Below, in pieces: positions 63,701-64,000 of a DNA stretch of 64,000 bases. Numbering within the stretch: the stretch's first letter is position 1; each line of letters starts with the position of its first letter. The stretch comes from Paragordius varius (taxonomy: Eukaryota > Animalia > Nematomorpha), in assembly GCA_964247055.1 (NCBI GenBank), contig OZ176056.1, positions 3,162,001 to 3,226,000 of the forward strand, read 5' to 3'. The position numbers and the translations under genes were made by a program. The notes beneath the pieces were generated by a model. That model saw only the letters and a list, made by a program, of their open reading frames with translations, had not been told where the DNA came from and searched no databases.

Positions 63701-64000
63701 TTTGTAAAAAAATAGCATAATCAATTAACATTAAAATTAAATTTAATAAAAATATGAAAATTTTACATTGCTTAATTATTTGTTTTCATAAATCATAAAA
63801 AATAAATTTAGGATTATTCATTTAACTTATTTTATTTTATCATTTAATATATTTCTTTTTTACATTAAATTATATACATATTCCAGATAAATTAAAAAAA
63901 CCAAAAAAAATTACTTTTTATTTTTTGCCGTTAAGGAAACAAGTGTAGCTACTTTAAATCGTAATTCGACATTTGGTTGACAATTATTTTTACAAGCGGG
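57797..64000 (-). CDS. MED16: Multi-exon gene, 5' end outside window; probable divergent Mediator subunit 16
   Basis: Phase-consistent exons (minus): 64000-63915, 63618-63323, 62702-62589, 62141-61682, 60924-60725, 60014-59593, 59029-58399, 58197-57797. C-terminus IWYKNFGDNCMCDGEW resembles the MED16 end (W...W..NCLCGGLW); LGMLEWFLDL resembles LQQLLQWVGDF; VERLKNVLK..KLILNP resembles GDRLTEIC..EFVLD. The gene itself is well supported; the identity is tentative. Confidence 0.55.
59229..59497. mobile_element. 21-bp-array MITE in MED16-like intron
   Basis: Family termini, three left units and core. Confidence 0.9.
60325..60644. mobile_element. 21-bp-array MITE (60325-60573) plus an extra right-end array (to 60644)
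   Basis: Complete copy followed directly by a second set of units ending GATGGTA. Confidence 0.85.

Overview
Very AT-rich, intron-containing animal nuclear DNA; no prokaryotic features, and no rRNA, tRNA or CRISPR array that I could recognise. I assembled exon chains by hand from GT-AG sites and checked reading phase. + strand: a 2-exon PSTK (1990-4353), a 12-exon short ADAMTS-type metalloprotease (4934-17988) and a small secreted-peptide-like ORF (18182-18493). - strand: an intronless UBL3 (21059-21772), an 18-exon teneurin (25654-37479) and the 3' part of a divergent MED16-like gene (57797-64000). About 20 kb between teneurin and the MED16-like gene has no convincing coding sequence. Introns and intergenic DNA are full of non-autonomous DNA transposons: 15 copies of a TA-flanked MITE with variable 21-bp subterminal arrays, two other TA-flanked MITE families, a TTAA piggyBac-like pair and hAT/Buster-like MITEs with 8-bp TSDs. 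The most striking observation is the teneurin. It has only 4 EGF repeats, none with the unpaired dimerisation cysteine, and it stops at the start of the YD shell, so it lacks the barrel and the toxin-like C-terminus within this window. All protein identities come from remembered family motifs, not database searches.
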